This document shows positions 54,443-64,000 of a DNA stretch of 64,000 nucleotides, in pieces. The position numbers were made by a program, and so were the translations under genes. The stretch is from positions 384,001 through 448,000 of the forward strand of contig CAWFGO010000001.1 in the NCBI GenBank assembly GCA_963815455.1. Reading direction: 5' to 3'. Position 1 is the stretch's first letter. Every line of letters starts with the position of its first letter. The notes below the pieces were generated by a model, which worked only from the letters and a program-made list of their open reading frames with translations, was not told where the DNA came from and searched no databases. The DNA comes from an uncultured Verrucomicrobiae bacterium. Lineage in GTDB: Bacteria > Verrucomicrobiota > Verrucomicrobiia > Chthoniobacterales > UBA10450.

Positions 54443-57400
54443 GGGCCTGGAGGAAATGTTGGATATCGTGAATCGTAAAGAGGGATGTGGAATCCACTCG
54501 GGCCTACGTTCAGATGCAAAACTGGCTGGTCGCCAGAACCCGGTATTGGGGCGTAGTCCAGTCGGAGAATTGGGACGTTGGCATAAAGTAGCCCTACGAT
54601 TCGGCCTTCGCCATACTGCAGAAACCCCGTGGAGGGTCCGACAATCCGCACGTTTCCCACTACATCCGCACCAACTGCGATGGCGGTCGCGACAGTTGAC
54701 GTTCCAATGAGCCCCCATTCGGTAGCATACGCAGCTGGATTATTCTCCACTTGACCCAGCGGCCCGTAACCCGCATCCCGAGCTATATTCCAGTTGTTTC
54801 CGTACCACCAGTCACCCCAGACATCACCTATTGACGTGGCCGTGTCCGCGAGGGAGTCCGCGAGCCCTTCATTGAACCACGTTCTCGGATCCCACCAGTC
54901 GCCCGGGCAAAGGCCGAGCGGATCAGCGGAATTCAAGGGATCGTTAGCAACATAAGCATACAGATTCGCTCCTTGACTCGTCTCGGCGTTTTTCAATGGA
55001 TCACGGCTGATCCAACGTCCGAGAGTAGGACTGTAGGCGCGATTAAGAGATAGATTCAGTCCGCTAGGCTGGTGGAAATAATGACCGGTGTATCCGAAAT
55101 CGACAGTCATTTTCCCGCTCACCACAACTGATTTGCCCCAGGCATCGTAGTCGTATTTCGCTACCAACCCACCGCCGGAATCGGTTACTTCACGGATGCT
55201 GCCTAAATGATCGCGCGTGTAGTAGTAATTTCCCCCGTCGCCGCCTATTCGTTTTTCTCCTTCGGCGAAAAAGCGCTTCGTTACATTTACTCCCGTACCG
55301 TCACGTTCCTCGCAAATTTGATTCCCACACCAGACAAAATTCCGGGTTGCCGTGGCGACTGAGTACTGCCGAAGCGAGGCTCGCAATTGCTGAAAGCTGG
55401 CGTTGAAATTGCCGCGTTGCGCTGCCTGGAAGCTCAGGGCGTAGGTGCCGGCCGAGAGGCTTAATTCCTGCAGGATTGCACCGTTGGACTGGACGAAGCT
55501 GACCTGCACTCCATCGGGCGCATTGGGATTACCCGATGTAAAAGCGGTGCCGTTTCCGCTTATACCCGTGGTTCCTTGAAAGCTCCACGTGCTGTCGGGA
55601 GGATTAAACTGGTAACCCGGATAACCGATCACGGGGCTCTCGAAGCTGCCATTTGAAACCGGCGTGCTGTTGAGTTCTACCGCATCTACGAATGCGGTGT
55701 TGTCTCCACCGTTGGGATTAATTCCTTCAAAACTCAGTGTATAATCGCCAGCCGGCAGGGCCATAGCGCCCGTCTTGAACGAATCGTAATTTGCGCTGGC
55801 TGGCTGCACAATTGCAGTAAATCCCGGTCCTTTCTCGGTAATTCTCACCCGCCGCCCAAGTCCATCATAAGCAAATTCCGTGCGATTACCGGTGTCGCTG
55901 TAATCAATCGCCACCAATCGGTTGGCCGCGTCCCAATCATAGGTCTCATTCGCACCGTCATAGGTCATGTTGCCATTCGCGTCGTAGGCGAGCGGCACCG
56001 GCTCACTCTGCGAATTCCCGTCCAGGTGGGAAACAGTAGCAATTTGATTTAGATTGTTGGCTGTATAAACGCTGCCGAACTGAGTATACGGAGTGAAGTA
56101 TACATTCCTGAGCCGGTTCCCAGCGAGATCGTAATCATATTGGAACCCATACGATCCCTCGCCGATTATAGACCCGAGCGTCGTGCGAACCAGCTGGTTG
56201 GCAGCGTCGTAATCGTACGTCGGCATGACGGCTGGCGCCAAGGTGGTCAAGACCTGTCCCTCAGCGTCATAAGTATAATCGAATCTCGAAAGAGTGCTGG
56301 AACTGCCGGTAAGATGCAGCAGCGTTTGCAGGCGATGATCGTTGTCGTTGCCAAAATAAGCGTGGTTTTCAGTTTGCCCGTTTGGATAATTCAGGGTCAG
56401 CAGCCGCGAAGTCACGGTGTCATAATTACGAGTGAACGATCCAAGCGCGTTGGTTGTCGTCTCAATTCGACCCAGCGAATCGTAAGTCATGCTCGACGAA
56501 ACACCATCGATCGATTGGTTTTCGATTCGCCCAAGCTCGTCGTAGGTATATTCGATCGTGTCGTTCGAGAAAATACCATCGACGCTTTTCAGTTGGTTGG
56601 CCCCGTGAGTACCGGGAGAAACAGTGACCGGATGATACTGGTAAGTGGTCGGTCCTAGATCAGGGCTCGTGATCGAAGTGATTCGATCATAATATTGATC
56701 GTATGCGTAATTAACGGCGGGTGTCGGATTTTGGGCGTTGGTGTAAAATATCTGCTTCAACCTGTCATCTAGAAAGTAACGGTAATTCGTTGTTTGGCCG
56801 AGCGCATCGGTGGTCGATTTTAGACGGCTGGTCGAGTTTTCGTATGTATAAGAAATGGATGTGCTGTTCGGCGCACCGAAGGCAAAAGTCTTGGAAAAAA
56901 CCCTGCTCTGCAAATCACGCTCGAATTTCGTAATATTCTCATTTGCGTCAGTGAGACTCGTGAGTGATCCGCAAGCGCACCAATCGTAAGAGGTAGGCCG
57001 GCCAAGTGGGTCTATCATGTGATCGAGCTGCTTGATGCTGTTGTAGTGTCTCAGCGTCCAGCGACCGAGGCGATCCTTGCTCGCGGTAAGATCGAGTATC
57101 GGTTCGATTCCCCGGCCGAAATCTTGTTCGTATTGGAATTGCCGAGTTGTGCCATCCGGATACAAAATCTGCATCGGACGATCGAGATCGTCGTAATCGG
57201 TCGTGGTCTGATACCCGTCTGGATTGTTTGTGACCGTCCGGACGCGGTGCGCACTGTCGTAGGTGAAGCTCGTGACGGCTGAAGCGCCATTAACGGAAGG
57301 AAACGGAGGACTCGTAATGGAGGCAAGATAGCCGTCCGGGACGTTGCTGCCATTGCCGTAGCCGTAGGTCGTGATCTCGCCCTTGGGATTCTGTATCGTC

Positions 57401-59246
57401 ATGACCTGGCCCCGGCTGTTGTAGGTTCTAATCGTGGTTTGACGCGCTGCATCTATGGACGTTATGGGCAGATGCTTTGAATTGTATTCGTATTCGGCTA
57501 TCTTATCTGCATTCTTTCCGTCCGGATCGGTATTCTCACCTGCCAGATTCCTTTGATAAACGCGCAACACGTCGACTCCGCCTGAAGCATACGCATAGCT
57601 GGTCACTGTGTGGGTGTGCTTTTATTTGGCTAGTTGTATAGGGAGACTGTGTGGTGAGCGCGCGATTGATGGTGGGTGAGTGCTAGCGAGAATAGCGGTT
57701 GGTTGGTTGTGTACAATAGACTTAGTGGTTTTTTTGCTGCTGATAACGTAGAAACTGCGGAATATCGCTGGTTAGAAGTTAGTGCAATATTGGTTTTTGT
57801 GTAGTTGTAGGCATGTTATGGGTGGGTAATTACTACGGGTTTTTGTAATAGATGTGTTACGGTGTTGAGCTTGGAATTGTAATTGTTAAGCGCGATAGGC
57901 TGCGATGGATGGTATTTGATGGAGCTTGTGCGATATTAGCGCTAGATTGCTGGTTTTTTTTTTATATTAGCATGATTTGTGAGATGTGTGTGAAGTAACG
58001 CATACGGTGTGGTAGAGAATTGATGAAATTACTGTTGTTGATAGAAAATGCGAAGAATAGATGGGATGGTGGTAAGTTTGCTGTGTGTATGAAAACAGCG
58101 GTGCGCGAGAAGGGTTGTATTGGTTATTTGTTTGAGTGTTTGTTTATAGGCAAAGATGTTTTGCTAAGCGTGTTATTTGTGATGTATTGTTTATAGTATG
58201 AATCTATGGATTGTGCTGGGTGATTCGCTCAAGATGAGCTGCGGAGTGAGGAGCTTTCGGCTGAGCGAATTTTAGAAATCGCGGTAGCGCTTATAGCTAT
58301 GGAGATGTTGGCAGAGGAGCGTGGCTTGCGCCAGGCAGGTACTGTTGCGAGTGTTATCGATCTGGTATAGCGTGTGCTGCACACGGACATACACGCTGAC
58401 GTTGGCCGTAAGGTTCATCGGATCGTCAGTGACAGGATAGCCAATTGAATGTCCAATTTGGCCCCAGTTTGAATATTGTTGGCTCGGAGATTGATCGCTG
58501 TCCCTTTGGCCGTAGGTCACAACAAAATCAATCCTCGGCCCCGCGGGCGGAGTGTATTCCAATGGCGTGTCAGTAATTCGCAGGCTGGCCGTGGCGAGAT
58601 CGACAGTATAGCGAGCCATGCCATGAGTGTTTCCGCAATCGTCTCCGCCGCCGGTCACATTCTCGTTGCGGCCGCCGTCGTCTGAACCTGTTCCACCGTC
58701 GTCAGCATCATTGGGTTTATGGCTCTCGTCGCTTGGCGTTGGCTCAGGAGTTGGCGAAGGGGGCGGCATATTGATATAGATGTCCAAGTAAGCGACCTTG
58801 TCCTCAGGCTCCGGCAGGGTCCCCGGATACGGTTCTCCTAGCTCTCCAAAATACACGTCCCTTCGTGTCAACGACGCCGACGCACCATTGGTCGTCACTA
58901 GTTCAACTCCCTCGTACGAAAGCTCCGTTCCACGAGTCTGGGACACAATAAGCGTTGGCGACCCAACGCCATTGGCAACATATGCTGTGAATCCCTCATA
59001 GGGATAGCCCGTATGCGTCGTAAATGTCACAGGATATCCTCCATCCGGTGTTCCAGGGGCAATGTGATAGACAGCGATAATGGTTCCCCTGTCGGAAGAG
59101 AATGCGACCAGCACCGAGCCAAAGCCGCACGGGGCGATATTAACGTTTAACTCGACTGAGGAGGCGGCGGCGCGTGCCGTTGCTATTACCAGGAATGCGA
59201 GCGCGGCTGTGAAGGAAGTTAACGACGACAGGTGGACGTGTTTCAA
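54439..59246 (-). CDS. Sec-signal RHS/YD-repeat polymorphic toxin (segment 57607-58400 corrupted)
   Basis: YD repeats; RHS core DHLGS...YDAWG...RAYSPTLGRWISRDP...NLYAYVANDPLNSADPLG; N-terminal signal peptide at 59246. Confidence 0.88.
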
Positions 59247-60206
59247 CCAGATCGGGTGGTGTGACTAGTAAAGCAGTTTTGCATATTCGGGGAAGATTAG
59301 GCGTGTTTGGTCTTGCACTTTCCGAAGCATCCTCTCGGGAGAGTCGGAAAACCCGAGTAGACAAAATTGTTAGTTTTGTGTCAAAGATCTTTTTGAGGAG
59401 ATTCTCGCGGCCTGCATCCGCTCTGGCTTGTTGAGGCAATTAGCCTGCGAATTTGTTTCAATGTCGCAACAACCATTACCAAGGCGGGATATGGAGGCGT
59501 GACATCAAAAACAATTTGTCCCAGGAAAAGATCGCATACGCTGACGGCTTTTCATGCTGGTTGGAAATGCGCGAATGGTCTCAGACGATGCACGGTCTGC
59601 CGTTCGACGGCATTCTAATTCATTGGACGGACGTTTCCTCGTGAGCACGCAGCTGTCGGCCCGCAGCTCCGCCCGGATTCGTTGTTGGGCGAGGTCCTCA
59701 GTTGGCCAACGCCTCTGGCGTTTTTCTGACAATCGTTTTTGCCTCCGTTTGACCTGGGAGGGAGGCACGATTTTGAGTTCTTTCTTATTGATCATGCTGA
59801 TGGCCGCGTGTCAAACGCACGTGCCGATCAAAGTTGGCGAGAGACGTCAATCGACAAATCAGGATCGAAAGGATCGACAGACTATTTTCGATGTCTCAAC
59901 GTCGTGACACCGATCTGGGTGACACGTGTCAGCCAGGCGCTTTTGTGACGCCGGCGGCACATCGCGCGAATATGCACGCGGTTGCACATTCGCCGGCGTA
60001 GGGCGGTTAAGACCCTTTTAGCTGCTTCTGGTTCAAGCGCTCGTGCCGGTGGCTGACAGCCGTAGGTATGCACGTGCAGACATCCACTGGACAAATTGGG
60101 GTGTCAGCGTTGCGCCTCAATCGCGTTGCGCATTTCCGATCCGCAGGATGCCAATTCGTCGTGCGAGAATCGTTTACGAGGTGCATTTGGGACCGCAGCC
60201 TCTACT

Positions 60207-60280
60207 TGCGCCCGGCGGGGGTCGAACCCACAACCTTTGGCTTCGGAGGCCAACGCTCTATCCAGTTGAGCTACGAGCGC
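60207..60280 (-). tRNA. tRNA-Arg (anticodon CCG), CCA not encoded
   Basis: Reverse complement GCGCTCGTAGCTCAACTGGATAGAGCGTTGGCCTCCGAAGCCAAAGGTTGTGGGTTCGACCCCCGCCGGGCGCA. Confidence 0.95.
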
Positions 60281-60462
60281 GCAAGAAGAAGCGACTATAT
60301 TCGCAGGATCGACATCTACAACTCCTGCTCCTGCTCATTCAATCGCGATTACGAGCATGAGCATGAGTAGGAGCACGAGGAAGGGAGCGATATCTTCCAT
60401 TTGCAATTTCACCCCGGATATTGCAAGGTGTCCGCCCTTCGTTCAGCGAACGGGAGGCCCTT

Positions 60463-60804
60463 ATGAACCGCATCATCGACGCTATTGAAAAAGAACAGCA
60501 AAAACCCGGACCGATAGAGTTTTCTGTCGGCGATAGCGTGAATGTCCATACTCGCGTGGTCGAGGGCGACAAGGAACGAATCCAGATTTTCACCGGCATT
60601 GTGATTGGCCGAAAAGGGCGCGGTCTCAATGAAACCGTCACCGTCCGCCGCATTTCCTATGGCGAAGGAGTCGAGCGGGTGTTCCCCGTCCATTCGCCGC
60701 GCATCGCCAAGATCGAAGTGGAAAAGAAAGGCCAGGCCCGCCGGGCCAAGCTGAACTATCTCCGCGGCCGCAAAGGCAAGGAAGCGACGGCCGTTCGCGA
60801 GTAA
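60463..60804 (+). CDS. rplS: 50S ribosomal protein L19
   Basis: [53 protein letters not shown]. Confidence 0.97.
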   Translation: MNRIIDAIEKEQQKPGPIEFSVGDSVNVHTRVVEGDKERIQIFTGIVIGRKGRGLNETVTVRRISYGEGVERVFPVHSPRIAKIEVEKKGQARRAKLNYLRGRKGKEATAVRE

Positions 60805-60816
60805 ACTCGCGAACGA

Positions 60817-60881
60817 AAAGCTAAAAAACTGACATGCTGAAATCATTTCAGCTTTTCAGTTTTCAGCATTTCAGTATTTTA
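60817..60881. repeat. inverted short degenerate repeat array (GCTGAAA/TTTCAGC units)
   Basis: aaagctaaaaaactgacatgctgaaat / atttcagcttttcagttttcagcatttcag. Confidence 0.6.
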
Positions 60882-60888
60882 GCAGCCG

Positions 60889-61587
60889 ATGTATCGGCGT
60901 TGCGGATTCCGGCATGAAAAGAAACTGCGCGCCATCGGTGTCGCGCGGATTGCCGGAATCGATGAGGCTGGACGGGGCGCACTGGCCGGCCCGGTGGTAG
61001 CGGCGGCGGTGATTCTTCCGGAAAAGTTCCGGCACAAACGCCTAAACGATTCCAAACAGCTCGCGCCCGAACTGCGCGAGGAAATCTATGTCGATCTTAC
61101 CAGCAATCTCGAAATCGCCTGGGCCATCGGAGTTGTCGATCATGTCGAGATCGATCGAATCAATATTCTGCGCGCCAGCCACCGGGCCATGCGCGCGGCG
61201 ATTGAGGCGCTAAACGCCTTGCCCGATCACGTTTTGATCGACGGCCTGCCGGTTGTTCCGTTTCCATTTCCCCAAACGGCGATCGTCGAGGGCGATTGCG
61301 TTAGCCTGAGCATCGCTGCCGCAAGCGTTATCGCCAAGGTGACCCGCGACCGAATGATGCGTGACTTTTGCGGGCAATTTCCCGAATATTACTTCAGCCA
61401 GCACAAAGGCTATGGCACTGAACTCCATCTGCTAAGGCTCCATGAATTCGGCCCTTGTCCGATCCATCGCCGGTCTTTCGAACCGGTGGCGCAACCGCTT
61501 CTCGCTCTCGAAGGCCTGGTCCCGGCCGGAGCATCTCCGGCGCGGCGCGCACGGCGAGAAGTTAGCGTGCCGATTTCTGAAGCGTAA
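60889..61587 (+). CDS. rnhB: ribonuclease HII
   Basis: AGIDEAGRGALAGPVVAAAV, NDSKQL, SIAAASVIAKVTRD, HKGYGT, HRRSF. Confidence 0.96.
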   Translation: MYRRCGFRHEKKLRAIGVARIAGIDEAGRGALAGPVVAAAVILPEKFRHKRLNDSKQLAPELREEIYVDLTSNLEIAWAIGVVDHVEIDRINILRASHRAMRAAIEALNALPDHVLIDGLPVVPFPFPQTAIVEGDCVSLSIAAASVIAKVTRDRMMRDFCGQFPEYYFSQHKGYGTELHLLRLHEFGPCPIHRRSFEPVAQPLLALEGLVPAGASPARRARREVSVPISEA

Positions 61588-61906
61588 CGGCTACAAAATT
61601 CTTTTCCGCAATTTTCGGGGCCATAGCGGCGGCGAGATCGACATCGTCTGCCGCGACAACGACACCCTGGTTTTCGTGGAAGTGAAAACGCGGACCAGCG
61701 AGGATTTCGGACGGCCTTTCGAAGCGGTCAATCGACAAAAACAAAAACGAATTGCCCGCGGCAGCCTGGCTTGGCTGCGGATGCTGGACAATCCCGATAT
61801 TCTTTTCCGCTTCGATATCGTGGAGGTAATCCTCGTCGAGGATGCAAAACCGCGCATCGAAGTGATCAAGAACGCGTTCCAATTGCCCGCGCCGTATATT
61901 TATTAG
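61442..61906 (+). CDS. yraN: YraN family putative endonuclease (start uncertain)
   Basis: GAHGEKLACRFL, GEIDIV, LVFVEVKTR, RFDIVEV. Confidence 0.9.
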   Translation: MNSALVRSIAGLSNRWRNRFSLSKAWSRPEHLRRGAHGEKLACRFLKRNGYKILFRNFRGHSGGEIDIVCRDNDTLVFVEVKTRTSEDFGRPFEAVNRQKQKRIARGSLAWLRMLDNPDILFRFDIVEVILVEDAKPRIEVIKNAFQLPAPYIY

Positions 61907-61990
61907 AGACCCGACTCCGCGCGAGGCTACGGCGCGGCAAGGGGGTGGTGGAAAGTGACACCTGACAGAAAATCTGATTCAATCGGAAGA

Positions 61991-62437
61991 ATGAAAGCCA
62001 CGATCTACCTCTTCTTTTGCAGCGTCATGATTTTCTCATTTGCCGTTCCGGCAGACGCGGGCAAACCGAGAAAGAAGAAAATAACGATTGTGACGCCGAG
62101 TCCGACGCCCGGGCCTGCCTCTTCGGCGGATCTCTCCCGTTTCATGAGCGCTCATCTCGAACAAATTCTCGGACCGCTCGACCAGAAGGTCGATGTGCCT
62201 CGCACCGAACTGGATCAGATCCGCGACTCGTTTTCGAAAGGTTTTAGCAAGGCTTCACTGGCCGAAAGGTCGCGATTCCAGCTGGGCCTGGCAGTCTGTG
62301 ACGCGATCTCCCAGGCAATGGCGGAGCGAAATAAAGCGGTTGCGATGGGGGCGGCGGCCAACTGGTCGCAACAAGCTGCACAACTTCGACAACGGATCGA
62401 CCAACTAGCGGCCCAGCAACGGGCCGCGGAACACTAG
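61991..62437 (+). CDS. secreted helical hypothetical protein
   Basis: Signal peptide MKATIYLFFCSVMIFSFAVPADA; TPSPTP linker. Confidence 0.65.
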   Translation: MKATIYLFFCSVMIFSFAVPADAGKPRKKKITIVTPSPTPGPASSADLSRFMSAHLEQILGPLDQKVDVPRTELDQIRDSFSKGFSKASLAERSRFQLGLAVCDAISQAMAERNKAVAMGAAANWSQQAAQLRQRIDQLAAQQRAAEH

Positions 62438-62469
62438 TCGGATTCGAAGATCGGCCGGGACAAGATATC

Positions 62470-63720
62470 TCACGCGTCGAGCACGAGATCGCTCGCCGGG
62501 GCCCCGATACATGTGAGCCGCGTGCCGGGGTTTGTGTCGAAGTCGGATTTCGCGACGTAAGCAATCTCTCCGGAAAAAACGGCGACCTGACAGGTCCCGC
62601 AGCTGCCGGCACGGCAACCGCACGGAATATTAATTCCGTTCGCCTCCGCGAACTCGAGAATATTCCCGTGCTCGCCCGACCAGTTCACGGTTTTCCCGCT
62701 CTTCTTGAATTGGACCGCAAAGCTAACGGGGGCGGCGTCGGTGGAAGCTCCGGCCGCGGCAACTTTTCTCACGGTGGATGGACCGAATGTCTCGTAGTGA
62801 ATATTCTGATCCGGCACACCCCACTCTTTGAGGCCTTCCGTGATGTCCTGCATCATTGCGCCCGGGCCGCACAGATAGAAATCGAAGTTGCTCGAGGGCA
62901 GCACCTGTTTGAGGGCGTCCACCGAAACGCGGCCTTCATAATGGTAATCGCGTCCTCGCTCGTAATCGAGGCCCGGTTGGCTGCAGAAGACCGTCAGATG
63001 CACGTTTGGATTTTCCTTCACGATCGCTTCCAAATGCTCCCTCATGATATGTTCCGAACGGTTCCGCACCCCGTGGAAAAACCAAACCTCGCGGCGCGAT
63101 CCCTGAGCGACGAGCGTGTTCAACATCGCCAGAACCGGCGTCACGCCTATTCCGCTTCCGATCAGAACAACGGGGCGTCCGCCAGCCGGTTCGAGACAGA
63201 ACTGCCCAGCGGGCGCTTTTACATCGAGAATGTCGCCTTCCTGAATTTGATCGTGGAAAAAGGACGACACGATTCCCGGCGGTCCGCCTTTGTCTCGGGG
63301 CGGAATGCGTTTAATTGTGACACGATAAGCGTCGCCATGCGTCGCGTCGGAAATACTGTAGCAGCGGATGGCCCGATTTCCGGAGCCAGGAATATCCAGT
63401 TGAAACGTCAGGTACTGGCCGGGCAGGAAATCTGGCAGCGGCTTCTTATCGTGCGGCGTGAGATAAAATGAGCAAACGTCATCGCACTCCATGACTTTCT
63501 TGCTGACGAGAAACTTCCGATAGCCATTCCAGGGTAGAGCGTCTTCAGCGCGTTTGCGCCGAAGATCGCGCATCATCGCCAGCTCCGTCTTTAGGAGCTC
63601 AAGGTCGAGGTCGGATTGCCGCCGCTGCCCAACAACACGACGAACGTTCTGGACAGTTACCAGGCCGAGCTGAACAAGGACGCCGCCTATGAGGATGCCG
63701 CCGATTGCTTCGGGAATCAT
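62470..63720 (-). CDS. FAD/NAD(P)-binding oxidoreductase with C-terminal 2Fe-2S ferredoxin domain and N-terminal membrane anchor
   Basis: PGQYL, RCYSIS, GSGIGVTP, YLCGP, CRAGSCGTC. Confidence 0.9.
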   Translation of the reverse strand: MIPEAIGGILIGGVLVQLGLVTVQNVRRVVGQRRQSDLDLELLKTELAMMRDLRRKRAEDALPWNGYRKFLVSKKVMECDDVCSFYLTPHDKKPLPDFLPGQYLTFQLDIPGSGNRAIRCYSISDATHGDAYRVTIKRIPPRDKGGPPGIVSSFFHDQIQEGDILDVKAPAGQFCLEPAGGRPVVLIGSGIGVTPVLAMLNTLVAQGSRREVWFFHGVRNRSEHIMREHLEAIVKENPNVHLTVFCSQPGLDYERGRDYHYEGRVSVDALKQVLPSSNFDFYLCGPGAMMQDITEGLKEWGVPDQNIHYETFGPSTVRKVAAAGASTDAAPVSFAVQFKKSGKTVNWSGEHGNILEFAEANGINIPCGCRAGSCGTCQVAVFSGEIAYVAKSDFDTNPGTRLTCIGAPASDLVLDA

Positions 63721-63749
63721 GAGCGGGCCGGGAACGTGAAAACTCCTTG

Positions 63750-64000
63750 TTAGAACTTTACCAACAGCTCGGAGCGAAAGCCGTAGGCGGTGTCGCGATC
63801 CTCGGGAAAGCCGACGAAAGCGTCAAGGATCAGAACCGTATGTTGATTCATCTTCATCTGATAGCGCCCTGCCATCGCGACCCCGTCCGGCTGATTAAAG
63901 AACTGTGGAGTCTCAGTGCGAACGCGTCCGCCGAATTCCAGAGTGAGCTGGCGATCGCTGCTGCCAAGGAATCTTTGGTAGCCAACGGCCCCGCCGCCAG
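63750..64000 (-). CDS. 3' end of a probable outer-membrane beta-barrel protein (partial)
   Basis: My translation ...GAVGYQRFLG...QLTLEFGGR...AYGFRSELLVKF*: amphipathic strands ending in Phe. Confidence 0.55.
   Translation of the reverse strand, partial: GGGAVGYQRFLGSSDRQLTLEFGGRVRTETPQFFNQPDGVAMAGRYQMKMNQHTVLILDAFVGFPEDRDTAYGFRSELLVKF

Noticed and set aside
57607..58400. Strongly C-poor, G/T-rich block inside the RHS gene, which could suggest hypermutation, a foreign insert or a diversity region
   Set aside because: Its right edge decays gradually from recognisable RHS sequence through accumulating deletions and substitutions, and there are no repeats or element ends. It is best explained as a low-quality long-read segment; raw reads would settle it.
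59250..60200. Short ORFs between the RHS start and tRNA-Arg (e.g. 59505-59795)
   Set aside because: No motifs or convincing start signals, so they cannot be supported as genes.
53498..60207. RHS/IS3 block as an island integrated at tRNA-Arg
   Set aside because: Plausibly accessory, but I found no duplicated tRNA-Arg end near trxA and no integrase.

Overview
A GC-rich bacterial chromosomal window. Gene content and protein styles suggest Verrucomicrobiota (Chthoniobacterales/Spartobacteria-like), which is an inference. Many single-base indels split core genes (glmS, lpxD, pilB, ftsK, parA), so the sequence looks like an unpolished long-read assembly and the frameshifts are treated as errors. 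The backbone runs: dapB-folK-panB-OmpA; a type IV pilus/T2SS cluster (pilin, PilC, two PilB/GspE ATPases); glmS, glgC, lpxD, fba, parA; a POT transporter and a DUF885 protein; an ECF sigma factor with a Ser/Thr kinase; VapBC; ftsK-rodZ-like-rimO, trxA, rplS-rnhB-yraN; tRNA-Ala(CGC) and tRNA-Arg(CCG). Notable points: (1) a FabF-like ketosynthase with both catalytic His replaced (Cys167/Tyr303/Asn340), translationally coupled to a multi-TM GAF-PAS histidine kinase and a second kinase, beside a hybrid kinase and an orphan PEARL-like (short LanB) enzyme; (2) several families of REP-like palindromes, at least five copies of which sit in frame inside proteins (FtsK, RimO, Ser/Thr kinase twice, prepilin leader); (3) an 8.2 kb island with no recognisable integrase, flanked by a 41 bp duplication of the 5' half of tRNA-Ala and carrying a wHTH+HEPN-like pair plus secreted proteins; (4) a Sec-type RHS toxin/immunity pair with an apparently circularly permuted carbohydrate-binding-like insert; (5) a Pro-rich membrane protein with repeated T-x-x-I motifs.
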